NCBI RefSeq assembly: GCF_001194135.2
Contig: NC_068984.1
Coordinates: forward strand, 74,922,133-74,986,132
Direction: 5' to 3'
Length of the DNA: 64,000 bases
Source of the DNA: Octopus bimaculoides
Taxonomy: Eukaryota
Of this stretch, positions 61,101-64,000 are shown one piece after another. Every line of letters starts with the position of its first letter. The stretch's first letter is position 1. The notes beneath the pieces were generated by a model. That model saw nothing but the letters and a program-made list of their open reading frames with translations, did not search any database and was not told the DNA's origin. Made by a program: the position numbers and the translations under genes.

Positions 61101-62751
61101 GAGCCCCAAAAGGATGAAAGGCAAAGTTGACCTTGGCAGAATTTGAACTCCGAATATAAAGTCAGATGAAATACTTCTAAGCATTTCGCCCGGTGTGCTA
61201 ACGATTCTGCCAGCTCACCACCTTGTACTTCATAGTAATCAACATACAAAGGTTAAAATATCTTTTTATAATTTTCCATTAAGAGATAAAGATATTAAAG
61301 CACATGTCCTAATCTTTCATCGTAATCTTTTACTTGCTTTAGTCATTAGTCAGTGGCCATGCTGGGGCACCACCATGAAGAATTTTAATCATGCAAATCA
61401 ACCCCAGTACTTATTCTATTGGTCTCTTTTGCTAAACCCCTAAGTTACGGGGAGGTAAACACACCAAAACCAGTTATCAAACAGTGGTGGGTGATAAACA
61501 CACACACACACACACAGAGGTATATATATATATGCGACCCTGATGAGATGGAGTATCCAGAAATTTGTAATATGTTGTAATTTGTTACAATATTTTACAA
61601 GACATCTGATGATGTGGTTTATTTTTCCGGGATACCCTATTGAAATGTGCATAGGTTTGGCTTATTGTGGNNNNNNNNNNCTTATTGTGGTTGTTTCTGT
61701 TATTATAATTGTTGCTGCAATAAAGTATCTTCAATGCATTGATTTTGAGCTCTATCCTTTAAGAGACATGTATATATATATATATATACAATGGGCTTCT
61801 TTCAGTTTTTGTCTACAAATCCACTTACAAGGTTTTGATCAGCCCAGGGTTATAGTAGAAGACACTTGCCTAAGGTGCCATGTGGTGGTTGGAAATCAAA
61901 CTTCTTGCCACACAGCCATGCTTAACTGGGTTTGATTCTAGTACAAAGTGGCATGTCATGTAGTAAACCAAGGCACTTCATTTCATGATGCTCCAACCTA
62001 CTCAACTATAAAATGAGTGCTAGCCACACACTAGTGCAGTTTCTCTCTCTCTCTCCAACTGTTACATCATCAATGATCTGCTAAGTCAAATATGAGTTAG
62101 TGGGAGTATGTCTAAGTCTGTTTGTGACTACATAGGCATCAAAAACAATTTAGCATTAGCATGGTACATGTGAACAACTCTCACTCACTTGCAAGTGACA
62201 GCTGCCTGTACTTGTAAAGTCCACTCAGCTGAAAATGAAAACTAACAGTAGCAGCTGTGAGTGTTGGGGGTAACCCTGCAAGCAACTGGCACTTTGTCAT
62301 GCATTAGGAGTAGCAATTGCTCAATGTTCCAGTCTCGCTTTAAAAGAAACTTACTATGGTAGGAAGGTGGCGAGCTCGCAGAAACGTTAGCACGCTGGTA
62401 TTTCGTCTGCCGTTACATTCTGAGTTCAAATTCCTTCGAGGTCGACTTTGCCTTTCATCCTTTCGGGGTCGATAAATTAAGTACCAGTTACGCACTGGGG
62501 TCGATGTAATCGACTTAATCCCATTGTTTGTCCTTGTTTGTCCCCTCTATGTTTAGCCCCTTGTGGGCAATAAAGAAATAAGAAACTTACTATGACAGTC
62601 AGTTATAATTGTTTCACACCTTGATGAAAAGATGCGGTTGACTGACAGAATAGATAGGTACTTACTTGTGAGTTTCGGACGGCATAAAATTGCTGTCTTG
62701 TAGCTCTCTATTGCTTCATGATAACGTTGCTGATCTTGTAAAAGAATACCT
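38414..62751 (-). CDS. TMTC2: TMTC2-like protein O-mannosyltransferase, C-terminal TPR region (7 exons; gene continues beyond window end)
   Basis: Joined exons read GILLQDQQRYHEAIESYKTAILCRPKLT-MAYLNLGIVYSLLGRNDEAEK-SYLNCSNVDITGLRDPRLHESTKISALYNLG...PDHLPAHITMAKLLSRR-NQLDKAEKWYLKAMALD...-AQFLGESG...FELVFNTANALR-QSGNYTEAEDFYQRAAQLNPQ-VATAHMNLGAILHLNGKLEEAEKSYKEALRLKPND... This matches the recalled vertebrate TMTC2 C-terminus (MNLGAILHLNG, LKPDD); the TMTC1/2 subfamily assignment is from memory. Confidence 0.88.
39901..39964 (-). CDS. TMTC2: TMTC2-like exon (64 nt, phase 2-0)
   Basis: QSGNYTEAEDFYQRAAQLNPQ; cag acceptor, gtaagg donor. Confidence 0.88.
41279..41393 (-). CDS. TMTC2: TMTC2-like exon (115 nt, phase 1-2)
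   Basis: QFLGESGRHADSVLVYKQVLETNSDDFELVFNTANAL; absent from the ORF track, found by reading the reverse strand; cag acceptor, gtaagt donor. Confidence 0.88.
41843..41924 (-). CDS. TMTC2: TMTC2-like exon (82 nt, phase 0-1)
   Basis: NQLDKAEKWYLKAMALDSTYKTAHQHY; cag acceptor, gtaaat donor. Confidence 0.88.
43136..43459 (-). CDS. TMTC2: TMTC2-like exon (324 nt, phase 0-0)
   Basis: 108 codons from SYLNCSNVD to AKLLSRR with TPR motifs SALYNLG and SIYNMLGEAY; canonical splice sites. Confidence 0.92.
44266..44711. repeat. Fold-back inverted repeat, about 125-bp arms and 196-bp spacer
   Basis: 44266-44390 is the reverse complement of 44587-44711 at roughly 85-90% identity by eye. Confidence 0.85.
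53750..54372 (-). mobile_element. 5'-truncated RTE (BovB-like) LINE 3' end
   Basis: ORF 53903-54370 with RLYDACVRTTMLHGSETW...RRLRWYGHVVRM, then a 3' UTR ending catggaaagcggacgttaaacg(atg)n. The same tail occurs at about 35480-35885, 38700-38975, 45330-45497, 51909-52045 and 57020-57180. Confidence 0.88.
54915..55470 (-). mobile_element. tRNA-head SINE, family C, with internal (CA)n/(TA)n tract (representative copy)
   Basis: Recurring body gaagacacttgcccaaggtg...cagtgggactgaa and cttgtttcagtcattt...gccatgctggagcacc. Other copies at about 8450-8804, 11880-12215, 15625-15828, 35080-35390, 36390-36800, 48090-48700, 52075-52570, 61320-61925. Confidence 0.8.
57254..57447. repeat. Palindromic hairpin element (MITE-like), about 83-bp arms
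   Basis: ccttggatggaat...gtccatt pairs with aatatggact...attccatccaagg at roughly 85% identity; flanked by (TAA)n and (TTA)n. Confidence 0.85.
57972..58033 (-). CDS. TMTC2: TMTC2-like exon (62 nt, phase 1-0)
   Basis: cag acceptor after an (ATT)n tract, gtaagt donor; AYLNLGIVYSLLGRNDEAEK. Confidence 0.88.
58510..58970 (-). mobile_element. Short 3' fragment of a Tx1-type LINE related to the 15838 element
   Basis: Reverse reading DFFKFHFKRKLRVKREVLSSSKFIERWVNVGRKASVKG aligns with [38 protein letters not shown] at about 19000-19130. Confidence 0.65.
59100..60350 (+). mobile_element. 5'-truncated LINE with restriction-like endonuclease (R4/Dong-like)
   Basis: YKYLKILEADGIKH, MHGAHHP, QDQALA, CHIC...IAHITNEC knuckle, HDQVAKVLHWKLCK, EHNRPDLMVV...EKLDKY (PD..D/ExK type). 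Confidence 0.8.
62359..62579 (+). mobile_element. Young family B SINE with 15-bp TSD
   Basis: TSD aagaaacttactatg (62344-62358, 62580-62594); near-identical to the 33341 copy apart from a small 5' deletion. Confidence 0.85.
62666..62751 (-). CDS. TMTC2: TMTC2-like exon (86 nt, phase 2-1)
   Basis: cag acceptor at 62754-62752, gtaagt donor at 62665; GILLQDQQRYHEAIESYKTAILCRPKLT. Confidence 0.88.
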
Positions 62752-64000
62752 CTGGAAAATAAAGTGAAATGTAAATTAAAATTTATTTTCAAAAAAATAG
62801 TTATTTCTGTTTAATTTTGTAATTTTATCTGGATTTCTTGAAATGAGTTATCATTACCAAATACAGTAGAGACCTGAAGAAGGTTGGAGAATATACTGAC
62901 TGAAATAATGGTTCCAAATTTTGGCACAAAGTCAGCAATTTCTGGGGAGGGATTAGATTGAGTACATCAAACCCAGTACTCAACTGGTACACACTGAAAG
63001 GACGAAAGGCAAAGTCAACCTTGGCAGAATTTGAACTCAGAATATAAAGATGGATGAAACGCTGCTAAGCATTTTGCTTGGCATGCGAACAATTCTGCCA
63101 GCTCACTGCCTTTATTGGCCTGAATATTGGTTTCAAATTTTGGCAGAAGAACAGTAATTTCAGGGGGAGGGATTAAATCAATTACATCAAACGCAGTGCT
63201 CAACTAGTACTTATTTTATTGACCTTGAAAGGATGAAAAGCAAAGTCAACCTCAATGGAATTTGAACTCAGAACCTAAAATGCTTAGCAACATTTTGCCC
63301 AGTGTGCTAATGATTCTGACAGCTGGTCACATTTATTGACCTAAATATTGAGACCATAACAACTAAGACAAAGACACTAGTTTCAATGTGTCAGTGTATA
63401 ATAGTCACCATTAGACAATTATTATAAAGAGTTCTTGCTTCTTGTTCATCATAATATCTCAGGTCAAGCTTGGTTTTGTGATTTAAATTGGGTGACTGAA
63501 TTTGTGAAGAAGCCTGTTAGACAGGCTGTACCTGTTCATGAGTGATAAAGTTAATCTGCTACACTGTTTAATGGCACCACTTTAACATCTGGAAGCCTTT
63601 TTATTGAACCCACACTGTTGCAAACATTCCAACCAGGCTTTCAGACTTAGAATAATCCAAGAGTGTTATTCCTAGTATTCCAGCTATCTAAAAGACAATG
63701 CAAAAATATCATGAGTACTACCTTTCCTCCCTCTGTCTAAGCCATAAAAAGAAAACAGCTAATTGTCACCAATTCACGGAGATCCATTGTAGCTTTTACT
63801 TATAGTGTCCTGTAACATTAAGCCAATGAGAAATAATTTTCTTTTCTGAAATAGCCCACTGGTCTATTGCAGATATAAATTTTCCTGCAGAGGGATCGAA
63901 AATCAACAGCAATCAAGCTAAAGAGAGAAACCTAGATATGTTTGAGAAATCTGGATTTGTTTATACAAGGCCTGACCAACTTGAATTACATTGTGGGCCA

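Noticed and set aside
61661-61690. cttattgtgg repeated on both sides of a 10-N gap
   Set aside because: Contig-overlap artefact.

Overview
AT-rich, repeat-dense eukaryotic genomic DNA with 11 assembly gaps. It is very probably Octopus, inferred from the SINE/LINE repertoire and microsatellite load. Two genes converge tail-to-tail. (1) Minus strand, 38414-62751: the last 7 coding exons of a TMTC2-like protein O-mannosyltransferase (TPR region). All GT-AG boundaries join in frame; the 5' part lies beyond the window. (2) Plus strand, 189-30023: an unannotated-looking micro-exon gene that the ORF track misses. It has nine intact internal exons of 24-51 nt, all multiples of 3 and all open in phase 1-1, plus one apparently crippled 42-nt sibling exon and a terminal exon. 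Together they give a Ser/Thr/Ala/acidic stalk with N-glycosylation sequons followed by a six-cysteine module with one Cys pair per exon. The architecture resembles schistosome micro-exon genes (MEGs) and is the most interesting signal here; it is a prediction from splice signals only, with no transcript evidence. The rest is transposon-derived: Tx1, Penelope, RTE, R4/Dong-like LINEs, piggyBac, a Merlin-like MITE carrying telomeric repeats, and several tRNA-derived SINE families. Also seen: a SINE/Tx1 shared 3' tail, a sharp CpG-decay contrast between the two genes, and fold-back elements in TMTC2 introns. All counts and coordinates were made by eye; TE boundaries are approximate.
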